IMG/VR virus record: IMGVR_UViG_3300005941_000003
Span: 62,001-126,000 of that record
Strand: one strand, 5' to 3'
Length of the DNA stretch: 64,000 nucleotides
A program made the position numbers and the translations under genes. The notes beneath the pieces were generated by a model. It was not told the origin of the DNA and searched no databases. It saw only the letters and a program-made list of their open reading frames with translations. This document shows positions 1 through 8,823 of this stretch, piece after piece (within the stretch, counting starts at the first letter, position 1; each line of letters opens with the position of its first letter).

Positions 1-302
1 TGTTCTGTATCCATGTGTTTGCGCATGTATTGAATGAAACGATTTTCGTCATATTGAATGGGTTCATGGCGAGAATCTTGTTCAAGCCAATCTAGATAGT
101 CAAAAAACTTCTCTAAATCTCTTTCTCCCATCTTAATCACCCAAATGTGTTCTGTTTGATATTCTGGAAGTATCTTATCAAATTTAGATGCAGTAGAATA
201 ATCTAGTGGAATTTGACGCATGTGATATTTTCGCTCATGTGTCCGTTCTATCTTTGCGTCAAATCTCTGTCGCAGTCGTTGTTCTTGTCTGTCTTGCATC
301 AT
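1..302 (-). CDS. Hypothetical protein, truncated by the window edge (MMQDRQEQRLRQRFDAK...)
   Basis: Hand-translated open frame from ATG at 302, with a GAGGT RBS and an upstream TTGACT-17-TATAGT promoter; not in the ORF track because it runs off the edge. Confidence 0.65.
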   Translation of the reverse strand, partial: MMQDRQEQRLRQRFDAKIERTHERKYHMRQIPLDYSTASKFDKILPEYQTEHIWVIKMGERDLEKFFDYLDWLEQDSRHEPIQYDENRFIQYMRKHMDTE

Positions 303-356
303 TTACCTCATTTTTATAACTATAACACGTTACAATATAAAAGTCAAGATTCGCCA

Positions 357-386
357 ATAAAAAAGGCCTGCGAACAGACCTTTTTG
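357..386. terminator. Intrinsic terminator after the methyltransferase (possibly bidirectional)
   Basis: aaaaggcctg-cgaa-cagacctttt hairpin with A and T tracts on both sides. Confidence 0.65.
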
Positions 387-406
387 TTTTATTATTGTGT
401 TTTGAA

Positions 407-1039
407 TTATTCTTCTTCGTCTTCTAATTCTGGAAGTTTAACATTCAATCGTTTTGCAACGATAAAGAAGTTATGTTTTTCACTAATATCACCCGAACTT
501 AGTTCAAAATCAGACTGTTGTAGAATTTCGAAACCCGCACGTTGCAAAAATGTTCTGTAATTCTGCGCACCTAGTGTCGTATACACTGCATGATCACCAG
601 GTTCTGGAACTTCAATATATGCAAGTCCATTTAGACGCATAATTCTGTTCATTTCTAGAATAGTCAAGAAAGGAAATGGAGAGTATTGTAGAAACTGTCT
701 AGCCCAAACCACGTTGAAGTAACCACTCATAATACCATTATTAGTGAAGTCCATAAGTGTTACATTAAGTTCTTTCAACTTGCATGTGGTGTGGTCCTCG
801 CGATGCAAAGTAATACCTTGAACATGCTCAAACCCCAATTCCTTGAATTTTTCTAAAGCATAACCACTGCCGCAACCAAGATCGATAACATTTACTTTAG
901 GTTTATCCTCTTCGGTTACCGCCGCGGCAAAATTCGGTAGATATACATCAATGACCTTTCGGTCTACAGGAGTCTCTGGTTGATATGAAATTTCATTTGT
1001 CATTGCAGAATGAAATCGTCTAAGAATGTTATCTGTCAT
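407..1039 (-). CDS. Class I SAM-dependent methyltransferase
   Basis: VIDLGCGSG SAM-binding motif; 'LEMNRIMRLNGLAYIEVP' is typical of Methyltransf_11-type proteins. Confidence 0.85.
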   Translation of the reverse strand: MTDNILRRFHSAMTNEISYQPETPVDRKVIDVYLPNFAAAVTEEDKPKVNVIDLGCGSGYALEKFKELGFEHVQGITLHREDHTTCKLKELNVTLMDFTNNGIMSGYFNVVWARQFLQYSPFPFLTILEMNRIMRLNGLAYIEVPEPGDHAVYTTLGAQNYRTFLQRAGFEILQQSDFELSSGDISEKHNFFIVAKRLNVKLPELEDEEE

Positions 1040-1051
1040 TGTTATCCTTGA

Positions 1052-1684
1052 TTATTTAATATAAGATACTGAAATTGGCTCTTTAACTCGTCTAGTTACT
1101 TTTACACCTAGAGTATGGTGTTCGCGTCTTTCTCTGTTCGGATCTTTGTATCCAACACCCATTAATAGAATTGGTGCATTTTTTAAGCCCAATACCTCTT
1201 GTATTTTGTCAAATTGACCACATGCACAGCATCCAGTTTGATATCCTAACATAGAAGCAATTACGTTAACATAACCAGCTGCTATACCAACTGCCATGTC
1301 TTTATCTTTATTGTATGTAAACTCTGAATCTGAATCCCTAGATTTTAGTTTATACTTATAAGCCTCTGATACGTCTGCTTCTTCAAACACAATTAGCAGA
1401 TTTGCTAATGTTTGAGAATTAGTAATGTCAGTACGAACGCCTGTTTTTGGATCAGTCACGCCCAAACCAGTAGTAAGTTCGTGCACCTGTTCAATAGTTT
1501 CTCTATTTGTGATTACGTGTACGTTGTAAAATGCAAAGTTTTGTTTACTAGGACATGTAGTTACGGCATGCACCAACATATCAATGTCATCCTGTGGCAT
1601 TTCTTTTGATAGGTCCCAGTTTCTCTGAGTGTGTTGGCTTCTAACTACCGCTTTTTTCATTTCTTCGTGTAAGTTCGGGATCAT
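1052..1684 (-). CDS. Nitroreductase-family FMN-binding protein
   Basis: RSQHTQRNW FMN-binding N-terminus; TCPSKQN (cf. APSxxN); 'AVGIAAGYVNVIASMLGYQTG' helix; ILLMGVGY. Confidence 0.75.
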   Translation of the reverse strand: MIPNLHEEMKKAVVRSQHTQRNWDLSKEMPQDDIDMLVHAVTTCPSKQNFAFYNVHVITNRETIEQVHELTTGLGVTDPKTGVRTDITNSQTLANLLIVFEEADVSEAYKYKLKSRDSDSEFTYNKDKDMAVGIAAGYVNVIASMLGYQTGCCACGQFDKIQEVLGLKNAPILLMGVGYKDPNRERREHHTLGVKVTRRVKEPISVSYIK

Positions 1685-1729
1685 TGTGTATCTCCTTAAT
1701 ACTATATACTTATATTGTATTTATGCTAT

Positions 1730-2860
1730 TTACAATGATAGCCCGCCAAACGTATCCTTACTTACGTCTTGTTTCACACCACCGATTACATATGAAGAAA
1801 TCTCGGTTTCCTGCGGAGCGACTTGTACTTCTGCACCTGCAATCCACTTTTGAGTCCAAGGAAGTGGGTTTGCCTGTGGAACTTTGTAGGGGCATGGTAG
1901 ATTTACAGCTTGCATACGCTTACAGCAAATCCATTCGATGTATTGACGTAGTAGTTCTGCGTTTAGACCAATCATAGAACCATCTTTGAATAGGAATTCA
2001 GCCCATTTCTTCTCTTGTTCCACTGCATCAACAAACATCTTGATACATTCTTCTTCCGTCTCTTGTGCAATCTTGATGTAATCAGGATCATCCTTAGGAA
2101 GTAGCTTTAGTAACGTTTGTGTCGATGCAAGATGGAGATTTTCGTCACGTGCAATCAATTTGATAATCTTTGCGTTGCCCTCCATCTTCTTTAGTTCTGC
2201 AAAAGCCCATGAACATGCAAAAGAAACATAGAAACGTACACCTTCAAGGATGTTTACGCTCATTAGCGTCTTATAAAGTGACTTTTTGATTTCATATGGG
2301 TCTACAACAACCTCCTTACCATTAATTGTGTGCTTGCCCGCACCAAGAAGGTTGAAATATGCTGCTTGTTCAATCAATTCATCGTAGTTACGTGAAATAT
2401 CGTCCGCACAATCCATAATTTCGTCAATGTCCATCATTTCATCGAATAATTTTGACGGATCCGCGTAAACGTTGCGAATAATGTGCGTATAGGAGCGAGA
2501 ATGGATAGTTTCAGAGAAGGTCCAAGTCTGAATCCACGCTTCTAGTTCAGGAATAGACACTAGAGGTGCAAAAGCCTCAGTTGGTGCGCGTCCCTGAACA
2601 GAATCAAGAAGAATTTGACGCTTTAGGTTAGATGTAAAGATGTGACGTTCATGGTCTGTTAGATTTTTGAAGTCGTTTGCATCTTTTGTAACGTCAACTT
2701 CTTCTGGGCGCCAGAAGAAGCCAAGTTGTTTATCTGTTAGCTTGTCAAACTGTTTGTATTTTAGCATATCATAACGTTGGATGGTAACTCCACCGTTAGG
2801 ATCTAGAAATGCTAGTGCTTTAGTATGATCGGACTTGTTCTCTGCGTTAAAAACTGACAT
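1730..2860 (-). CDS. nrdB: Ribonucleotide reductase class Ia beta subunit
   Basis: FFWRPEEVD, DSVQGR, ETIHSRSY, EGVRFYVSF and RDENLH diiron/tyrosyl-radical motifs. Confidence 0.97.
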   Translation of the reverse strand: MSVFNAENKSDHTKALAFLDPNGGVTIQRYDMLKYKQFDKLTDKQLGFFWRPEEVDVTKDANDFKNLTDHERHIFTSNLKRQILLDSVQGRAPTEAFAPLVSIPELEAWIQTWTFSETIHSRSYTHIIRNVYADPSKLFDEMMDIDEIMDCADDISRNYDELIEQAAYFNLLGAGKHTINGKEVVVDPYEIKKSLYKTLMSVNILEGVRFYVSFACSWAFAELKKMEGNAKIIKLIARDENLHLASTQTLLKLLPKDDPDYIKIAQETEEECIKMFVDAVEQEKKWAEFLFKDGSMIGLNAELLRQYIEWICCKRMQAVNLPCPYKVPQANPLPWTQKWIAGAEVQVAPQETEISSYVIGGVKQDVSKDTFGGLSL

Positions 2861-2875
2861 ATTATACGTTCTTTC

Positions 2876-5173
2876 TTAAATTACACAGCTATCACATGCT
2901 GCATCATCATCTAGGTCTGATAGTGGGAGTTCTTCTGTAACCATTTTACTTACATCTAGTTCGCCTTGACCATCAAACGTGTTAAAATAGTAAAGTTGCT
3001 TGCCGCCATATTTGTAGAACATGATCAAGTGTTGCAACATCACTGACATTGGAATCTTTTCGTCTTCAAAGAAGATTGGATTGTAACTAGTGTTTACAGA
3101 AATACCTTGGTCAATGTACTTTTGTAGAACTGCGACAATCTTTAGATAGCCTTCTGGTGATTTCTGATCCCATAGTAATTCATATTTGTTCTTTAGCTTG
3201 TGGATTCCAGGAACAACTTGCTTTAGAACGCCATGCTTTGACTGTTTTACTGAAACATAGCTACGTGGCGGTTCAATACCGTTGGTTGAGTTTGAAATCT
3301 GCGCACTTGTCTCTGCTGGCATCAGGGCCATTAGTGTGGAATTTCGAATACCATATGTTTTTAGATCCTCACGTAGCCCAGCCCAATCTTGACGCTCTTT
3401 ATACTCTACTAATTCATCAATGTCAAGTTTTCTTGTATCGATTGGTACAATACCCTGACCATATTTGGTTTCGTTTGAACCAGAACATGCTCCGATTTCT
3501 TTTGCAAGTTCAACTGATGCTTTGATTAGATAGAAACTCCATGCTTCTGCCCATTCATCAATTAGATCAAGATTTGGATTAGTGTAAGTCATATCATTCT
3601 TTGCCATCCAATATGCAAAGTTGATGATTCCAACACCAATAGGTCTGCGCTTCATTGTTGACAACTCCGCTGCAAGAACTGGATAACGTTGATAATCAAG
3701 TAACGCATCAATACCACGAACTGCGAGGCGTGCCGCACGTTCAAAGTCGGATACTGTTTTCATATTACCCCAGTTGATAGCAGCAAGTGTACATAGAGAA
3801 ATCTCGCCCTCTGGATCATTAAAGTCATTGAGTGGTTTTGTTGGTAGATTGATTTCTTGACATAGATTCGACTGGCGAATTGGTGCAACTTCTGGCAAGA
3901 ACGAACCATGTGTGTTCGCATGGTCAACGTTTTGCAAATAGATACGACCAGTATTCTTGCGTTCATTCATGAATGCTGAGAAAAGATCAATCGCATGAAC
4001 AGACTTCTTACGAATTTTAGTGTTGCGCTCTGCTTTTTCATACAATTCTCTAAATTTATCCTGATCAGCAAAGAATGCATCATACAACCCAGGTACATCG
4101 TTAGGTGAGAACAGTGTAATGTCACCACTGGTCATTAGGCGCTCGTACATTAACTTGTTAAACTGCACACTGTAGTCTAGGTGGCGAACACGGTTGTCTT
4201 CTGTGCCTTTGTTGTTCTTTAGAACAAGTAGGTCTTCTACTTCTAAGTGCCAAATTGGATAGTGCAATGTCGCTGCGCCGCCACGTACACCACCCTGTGA
4301 ACATGACTTAACCGCTGACTGGAAATGCTTATAGAATGGAATAACACCAGTGTGTGATGCATCACCATTGCGAATTGGAGAGTTGATTGCACGAATGCTA
4401 CCAGCACCAATACCAATACCAGCCTTCTGTGACACGTATTTTACAATTGCACTCGCAGTTGCATTAATAGAATCGAGAGAATCCGCTGTTTCAATAACAA
4501 CACACGAACTGAACTGACGTTGCGGTGTACGAACACCAGCCATTACAGGTGTTGGTAGGGAAATATCAAAGTTACTTGCTGCATCGTAGTAATCTTTGAC
4601 CCACTTCATACGTTCATCGCGAGGATACTGACTGAATAGTGTCGCTGCGATAAGAACATATGCCACCTGAGGTGTTTCGTACAACTGCTTCGTCACGCGG
4701 TTTTGAACCAGATACTTACCGCGGAATTGTTCCATACCCACATATGAAATATGGAAATCACGTTCATGTTTGATGAACCCATTAATTTTTTCCCATTCTT
4801 CTTCTGAATATGAATTAATAAGTTCGGGATCATAAAATCCCTGTTCAGTATTCTTCTTGACGATATCTAGGATATGCCAAGGTTCAAACTGACCATATAC
4901 TTCTTTGCGTATATGATAATTGATTAGGTTACCAGCAGCCCACTGATAGTTAGGAGTGTCCTCGCTAATTAGATCAGCCGATGCTTTGATAAGTGTTTCT
5001 TGAATTTCTGTGGTAGTAATACCATTAAAGAATTGAATTGATGATTTTATCTCCACTTCGCTTGGAGAAACGCCATTTACGCCATCACACGCAAAGAACA
5101 CGACCTTGTGCATTTTTTCAAGATCAAGTGGTTCTTTTGTACCGTCTCTTTTAGTTACTTGAATTTGATTCAT
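2876..5173 (-). CDS. nrdA: Ribonucleotide reductase class Ia alpha subunit with N-terminal ATP cone
   Basis: VTKRDG ATP cone, SSCV, GGVRGGA, QSNLCQEI, RNSTLMALMPAETS, C-terminal CDSC. Confidence 0.97.
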   Translation of the reverse strand: MNQIQVTKRDGTKEPLDLEKMHKVVFFACDGVNGVSPSEVEIKSSIQFFNGITTTEIQETLIKASADLISEDTPNYQWAAGNLINYHIRKEVYGQFEPWHILDIVKKNTEQGFYDPELINSYSEEEWEKINGFIKHERDFHISYVGMEQFRGKYLVQNRVTKQLYETPQVAYVLIAATLFSQYPRDERMKWVKDYYDAASNFDISLPTPVMAGVRTPQRQFSSCVVIETADSLDSINATASAIVKYVSQKAGIGIGAGSIRAINSPIRNGDASHTGVIPFYKHFQSAVKSCSQGGVRGGAATLHYPIWHLEVEDLLVLKNNKGTEDNRVRHLDYSVQFNKLMYERLMTSGDITLFSPNDVPGLYDAFFADQDKFRELYEKAERNTKIRKKSVHAIDLFSAFMNERKNTGRIYLQNVDHANTHGSFLPEVAPIRQSNLCQEINLPTKPLNDFNDPEGEISLCTLAAINWGNMKTVSDFERAARLAVRGIDALLDYQRYPVLAAELSTMKRRPIGVGIINFAYWMAKNDMTYTNPNLDLIDEWAEAWSFYLIKASVELAKEIGACSGSNETKYGQGIVPIDTRKLDIDELVEYKERQDWAGLREDLKTYGIRNSTLMALMPAETSAQISNSTNGIEPPRSYVSVKQSKHGVLKQVVPGIHKLKNKYELLWDQKSPEGYLKIVAVLQKYIDQGISVNTSYNPIFFEDEKIPMSVMLQHLIMFYKYGGKQLYYFNTFDGQGELDVSKMVTEELPLSDLDDDAACDSCVI

Positions 5174-5220
5174 TATTATTGCTCCGAAAACGCATTGTAT
5201 TTACACAAGTGAGCGTCTAA

Positions 5221-5697
5221 TTAATATCTGTTGTTTATTTCAGCATCTTCCATGCCCGCAACTCTCAACTTAATTATGTTTGAAAGTTGGAAGTGTTTTA
5301 TTTCAAACCCTTTGGTGATGCCGAGGAATTGGTTTCTAACATAAGCAACTTGATTGATTAGTTCACTTATTGCTACTACCTCTGCTTCGCCGTCAGAATA
5401 CTTTTCAGCATCACGGCTGCTTAATGCTTTATTGTAATTTTCTAGGTACTTACGAAAATACTCACTGCGCTTCTTACGCAGTTGAATGTTAAGATGTTCT
5501 AGTATAGCTTCAATCTCCTGCAATTGTGCAAACCGAAGTTCTACATATGCAGGAAGATTTGTTGCACTCTTTTCGACATTACCTTGTATCTTTACTTCTG
5601 TTCTCGCCTCTGCAAGTTCTTTTTCGAAGTGTTCGACACAATCTGGGATTTTGCTCCAATCTTTGACGATTGCACTATACCAATTCATTAATCCCAA
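5221..5697 (-). CDS. uvsY: UvsY-like recombination mediator
   Basis: 'YLENYNKALSSRDAEKYSDGE' and C-terminal 'IIKLRVAG' are UvsY family hallmarks; lies downstream of uvsX. Confidence 0.85.
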   Translation of the reverse strand: MGLMNWYSAIVKDWSKIPDCVEHFEKELAEARTEVKIQGNVEKSATNLPAYVELRFAQLQEIEAILEHLNIQLRKKRSEYFRKYLENYNKALSSRDAEKYSDGEAEVVAISELINQVAYVRNQFLGITKGFEIKHFQLSNIIKLRVAGMEDAEINNRY

Positions 5698-5918
5698 TCA
5701 TCCTCGTCTTCTTCGTCTTCGTCGTCAAAGTAACGATCATATGCAGTTTGCATGATCTTATCACCGTCACAAAGTTCTTCATAATCTTCTTTAGAAAAAC
5801 CATATTCATCGAAAATTTTAATGAACGCTTCCGCTGCGCCCAAACGTTCTTTTGCTGGAATAACAGATTTTGCAGTTTCCCACATTTCAACAACTAGATC
5901 CAAACTAAACGATGCCAT
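5688..5918 (-). CDS. Small acidic hypothetical protein
   Basis: 76-aa ORF coupled to uvsY, with an acidic tail DDEDEEDEDDWD. Confidence 0.7.
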   Translation of the reverse strand: MASFSLDLVVEMWETAKSVIPAKERLGAAEAFIKIFDEYGFSKEDYEELCDGDKIMQTAYDRYFDDEDEEDEDDWD

Positions 5919-5928
5919 TTATATTTCC

Positions 5929-6405
5929 TTATATTTCAAATTCGCCGTCTTCCCGATGCCCTTGTCGGTATGCCATGTTTGAATCTGTTTCACGAACTTC
6001 AACCCGGCTACACCAAACTCGTTCACCTTCACCATAACTCGGTAAGAAGATCGTATTTATGTATTCATAAAGAAAATCTGCAATACCTTCGCATCCTGTT
6101 TTTTCTACCTCAGTAATCTTCGCAAGACCAAGATCACCTAGACGCTTGATTTCATCATACTGTGGATCATCTTGGGCAAGAAGCAACGTATGATCAAACC
6201 ATTCCTCAAGTTTGTCCTTTAGTGGACGTAAACCGCCATAGTCCATAACCCAATTACGTGCATCTAGATCATCAGTTTCGAATTCAAAACCAAAACTAAA
6301 TGCATATCCATGAATTAAATTACAATGCGAATTCGCGCGCCATTGACGATATGCACATGGTGCTATCTGTCTATATGATTTTGTTGATACGTACTTCTTG
6401 CCCAT
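5929..6405 (-). CDS. queD: 6-carboxy-tetrahydropterin synthase (QueD/PTPS family)
   Basis: CAYRQWRA..HC..IHGY zinc-binding motif; MDYGGL; FDHTLL; VEVRETDSN. Confidence 0.88.
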   Translation of the reverse strand: MGKKYVSTKSYRQIAPCAYRQWRANSHCNLIHGYAFSFGFEFETDDLDARNWVMDYGGLRPLKDKLEEWFDHTLLLAQDDPQYDEIKRLGDLGLAKITEVEKTGCEGIADFLYEYINTIFLPSYGEGERVWCSRVEVRETDSNMAYRQGHREDGEFEI

Positions 6406-6408
6406 ATA

Positions 6409-7521
6409 TTATTCCTCCGTTTGTTCAATGTCAGCTTCGATGATGTCTCCATTAACATCAACTTCAAGTGCAGTCAACCCATGCTTTTCGCTATCTAGGT
6501 CTTCATTGTTCCATTCTTGCATGACGATATCTAGCTTTTCATCAGTCCAGTTTTTGCGAAACTCTAGCATTTCTTCTCCGGACTTAGTAACATATTTTAA
6601 ACGATTTCCTGATTTTGTCAAGAGTCCTTTTGCTTCAAAGAATTCAATCAAACCAGAATACGGCGACATACCAGTTTCATAAGGAATTTCAACTTGTACG
6701 CTTTCGAATGGCTTCGCGTAACGTGTCTTCATAATCTTACATGCTGCACGAATACCGTGTACTTGTGAAGTTTTATTTCCGTCTGCGTCAACTTTTAGTT
6801 TTAGTTTACGCATTGCTACAACGATTGATGATGCATAAATGAAGCCTTGACCACCTGAGATTTTATCATCTGGATCAAACATGTCCTGTGACGCATATGT
6901 GTGGTTAGTTGCAACCAGACCAACGTTAAAGTCACCGAACATATTAACACAGTTACGTACCAATGCAGCTAGTGCTTTTGGCTTACGACCCATGTCGCCT
7001 TTCATGTCACCGCGGTTGAACTGATCCACGTCAGTGGGAGTCAGCATCATACCGAGTGAATCCAGAACGAAAAGTACTTTCGGGCGTTGATCTTCATCCA
7101 TATCACCGTATTCTTTGCGGTAATCTGTCATGAATTCGGAAATAATCTTAGCTACTTCATCAATCATTGCTACGTTAAGTTTGAGAAGTTTATCGTCGTC
7201 TGTGCTTACACCTAACGCATGTAGCCACGCTTCATCTAGTGCGTTCTCTGAGTCAATAAGAACAACGAAAATACCTTGCTCTTGTGCGTTGCGCACAACA
7301 TTGCCCGATGCAATATACGACTTACCCGCGCCGGATTCACCTGCGAAAACTGTAACCTTACCAAGAGGAATACCCTTTTTGAAGTCACCTGAAATTAACT
7401 TGTTTAGACAGTAGTTACCTGTTGAAATCCAAGTATTTGGGTCGCGAAAACCAACACTCATACCTGGAACAGATTTTGTAATACTTTTGCGAAATTTACT
7501 CGCATCAAATGCTCTTGCCAT
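6409..7521 (-). CDS. uvsX: UvsX/RecA-like recombinase
   Basis: Walker A GESGAGKS, VLIDSENALD, VLDSLG, ISGGQGFIYASS. Confidence 0.95.
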   Translation of the reverse strand: MARAFDASKFRKSITKSVPGMSVGFRDPNTWISTGNYCLNKLISGDFKKGIPLGKVTVFAGESGAGKSYIASGNVVRNAQEQGIFVVLIDSENALDEAWLHALGVSTDDDKLLKLNVAMIDEVAKIISEFMTDYRKEYGDMDEDQRPKVLFVLDSLGMMLTPTDVDQFNRGDMKGDMGRKPKALAALVRNCVNMFGDFNVGLVATNHTYASQDMFDPDDKISGGQGFIYASSIVVAMRKLKLKVDADGNKTSQVHGIRAACKIMKTRYAKPFESVQVEIPYETGMSPYSGLIEFFEAKGLLTKSGNRLKYVTKSGEEMLEFRKNWTDEKLDIVMQEWNNEDLDSEKHGLTALEVDVNGDIIEADIEQTEE

Positions 7522-7539
7522 ATTCTACTCCAAATGTTG

Positions 7540-7573
7540 AAAAAAGGAGGGCGCAGGCATGCGCCCCCCCCTT
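7540..7573 (-). terminator. Intrinsic terminator after gp32
   Basis: GC-rich stem ggagggcgca/tgcgcccccc with a T tract on the minus strand. Confidence 0.7.
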
Positions 7574-7586
7574 GTCGTCGTTCTAA

Positions 7587-8621
7587 TTAGCTATCAGTTT
7601 TACGATTACGGATCATCGCAAGAATGTCGGACGCATCCTGAGCAGGTTTTGCTGGTGCCGAAACTGACTCTTTTACTTGCTCACGTGCAACTTCCTCATT
7701 TGACTTGAATGGGATTTCATCGTCATATTTGTCTTCGTCTTCGTCACGTGGTGCAGGTTTTACCGAAACTTTTGGTGCTGCTGGCTTTGGAGCAGGTGCT
7801 GCACCAGTAGTGTTGTTATATTGTTCGCCGAGGTCTACACCATATGGACGATAGAATTGCGCCCAACGTGCGGGATCATAAAGTTCACCATCAACCGATG
7901 CTTCGAACATTTCAACAATAGCTTGAAGTTCGTCTGTGCTTGGGCGCTTTGGCATAAAATCATTAAGATCAAATAGACCAAATTGTTCAATCGCATCACG
8001 TTCTGCTTGATCAAGTGAACGCTCTTTGCGCGCCCAGTTTGATGTAGCGTAATCTGCATATTGTCCTTTTTGTGTTTTTACAAGACGGAAATCAGTACCA
8101 GCATCATAATCAGTTGGTAGATTTTCCATATCAGGATCCATCAATGCTGCTTTTAGTAGCTTGAAGATTTGTGGACCAATCACGAAACGACGGATTGGGT
8201 TTTCAATTGGTTCCTCTGACATTGGGTTCTGTACTACAAAACCTTGGAATAGATAAGAACGCTTCTTCCAGTATGTGCTTGCAAGTTTCTCCATCGATGG
8301 GTCTTTGTACCATGGACGAATTTCTGCGTGAACTGGGCAAGGGTCGCCCCACATTTCAACGCAAGGAACTTGAAGTGTCACCGGCTTGTTCTCTGCAATG
8401 CCTTTTACACCTGAAAATGGGATTTTGATGATTTGACGCTCACGCCAGAAGAATGTATTCGATGGGTCTGCGTCCGGTAGAAAGCGAATGACTGAGGTTG
8501 AGTCGTTTTCCATATTCCAGAATGGATAAATTGCGCTTGTGCTACGAGTTGAATTGGAATTGTCTGCTGCTTTGTTTTCTTGTGCCAGTAGCTTTGCACG
8601 GATTTCTGCTAGTGTTGCCAT
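7587..8621 (-). CDS. gp32: T4 gp32-like single-stranded DNA-binding protein
   Basis: MATLAEIRAKL N-terminus, IRFLPD, 'CVEMWGDPCPV' zinc motif, YWKKRSY, acidic C-terminal region. Confidence 0.93.
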   Translation of the reverse strand: MATLAEIRAKLLAQENKAADNSNSTRSTSAIYPFWNMENDSTSVIRFLPDADPSNTFFWRERQIIKIPFSGVKGIAENKPVTLQVPCVEMWGDPCPVHAEIRPWYKDPSMEKLASTYWKKRSYLFQGFVVQNPMSEEPIENPIRRFVIGPQIFKLLKAALMDPDMENLPTDYDAGTDFRLVKTQKGQYADYATSNWARKERSLDQAERDAIEQFGLFDLNDFMPKRPSTDELQAIVEMFEASVDGELYDPARWAQFYRPYGVDLGEQYNNTTGAAPAPKPAAPKVSVKPAPRDEDEDKYDDEIPFKSNEEVAREQVKESVSAPAKPAQDASDILAMIRNRKTDS

Positions 8622-8717
8622 AATGTTTTTCCTTTATTAGCCTATGTTAGATAGATATTAGCCTAGTTGTTTGTGCCTGAATGAATATCAACATCACCCT
8701 CTCTAGAGCATGTATTG

Positions 8718-8746
8718 ATATTACATGTTTTATTTAGCAAAGTCAA
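8718..8746 (-). promoter_or_regulatory. Sigma70-like promoter of gp32, with an embedded late-type CTAAATA
   Basis: TTGACT-17 nt-TAATAT on the minus strand. Confidence 0.65.
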
Positions 8747-8769
8747 GCGAAAAGTTGGGTTTATGCATC

Positions 8770-8798
8770 AAAAAAGGGACTACTGAATGTAGCCCCTT
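8770..8798 (-). terminator. Intrinsic terminator after the 480-aa ORF
   Basis: aagggactac/gtagcccctt stem with a T run on the minus strand. Confidence 0.65.
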
Positions 8799-8823
8799 AA
8801 TTGCTATAATGTCAAGATATAGT

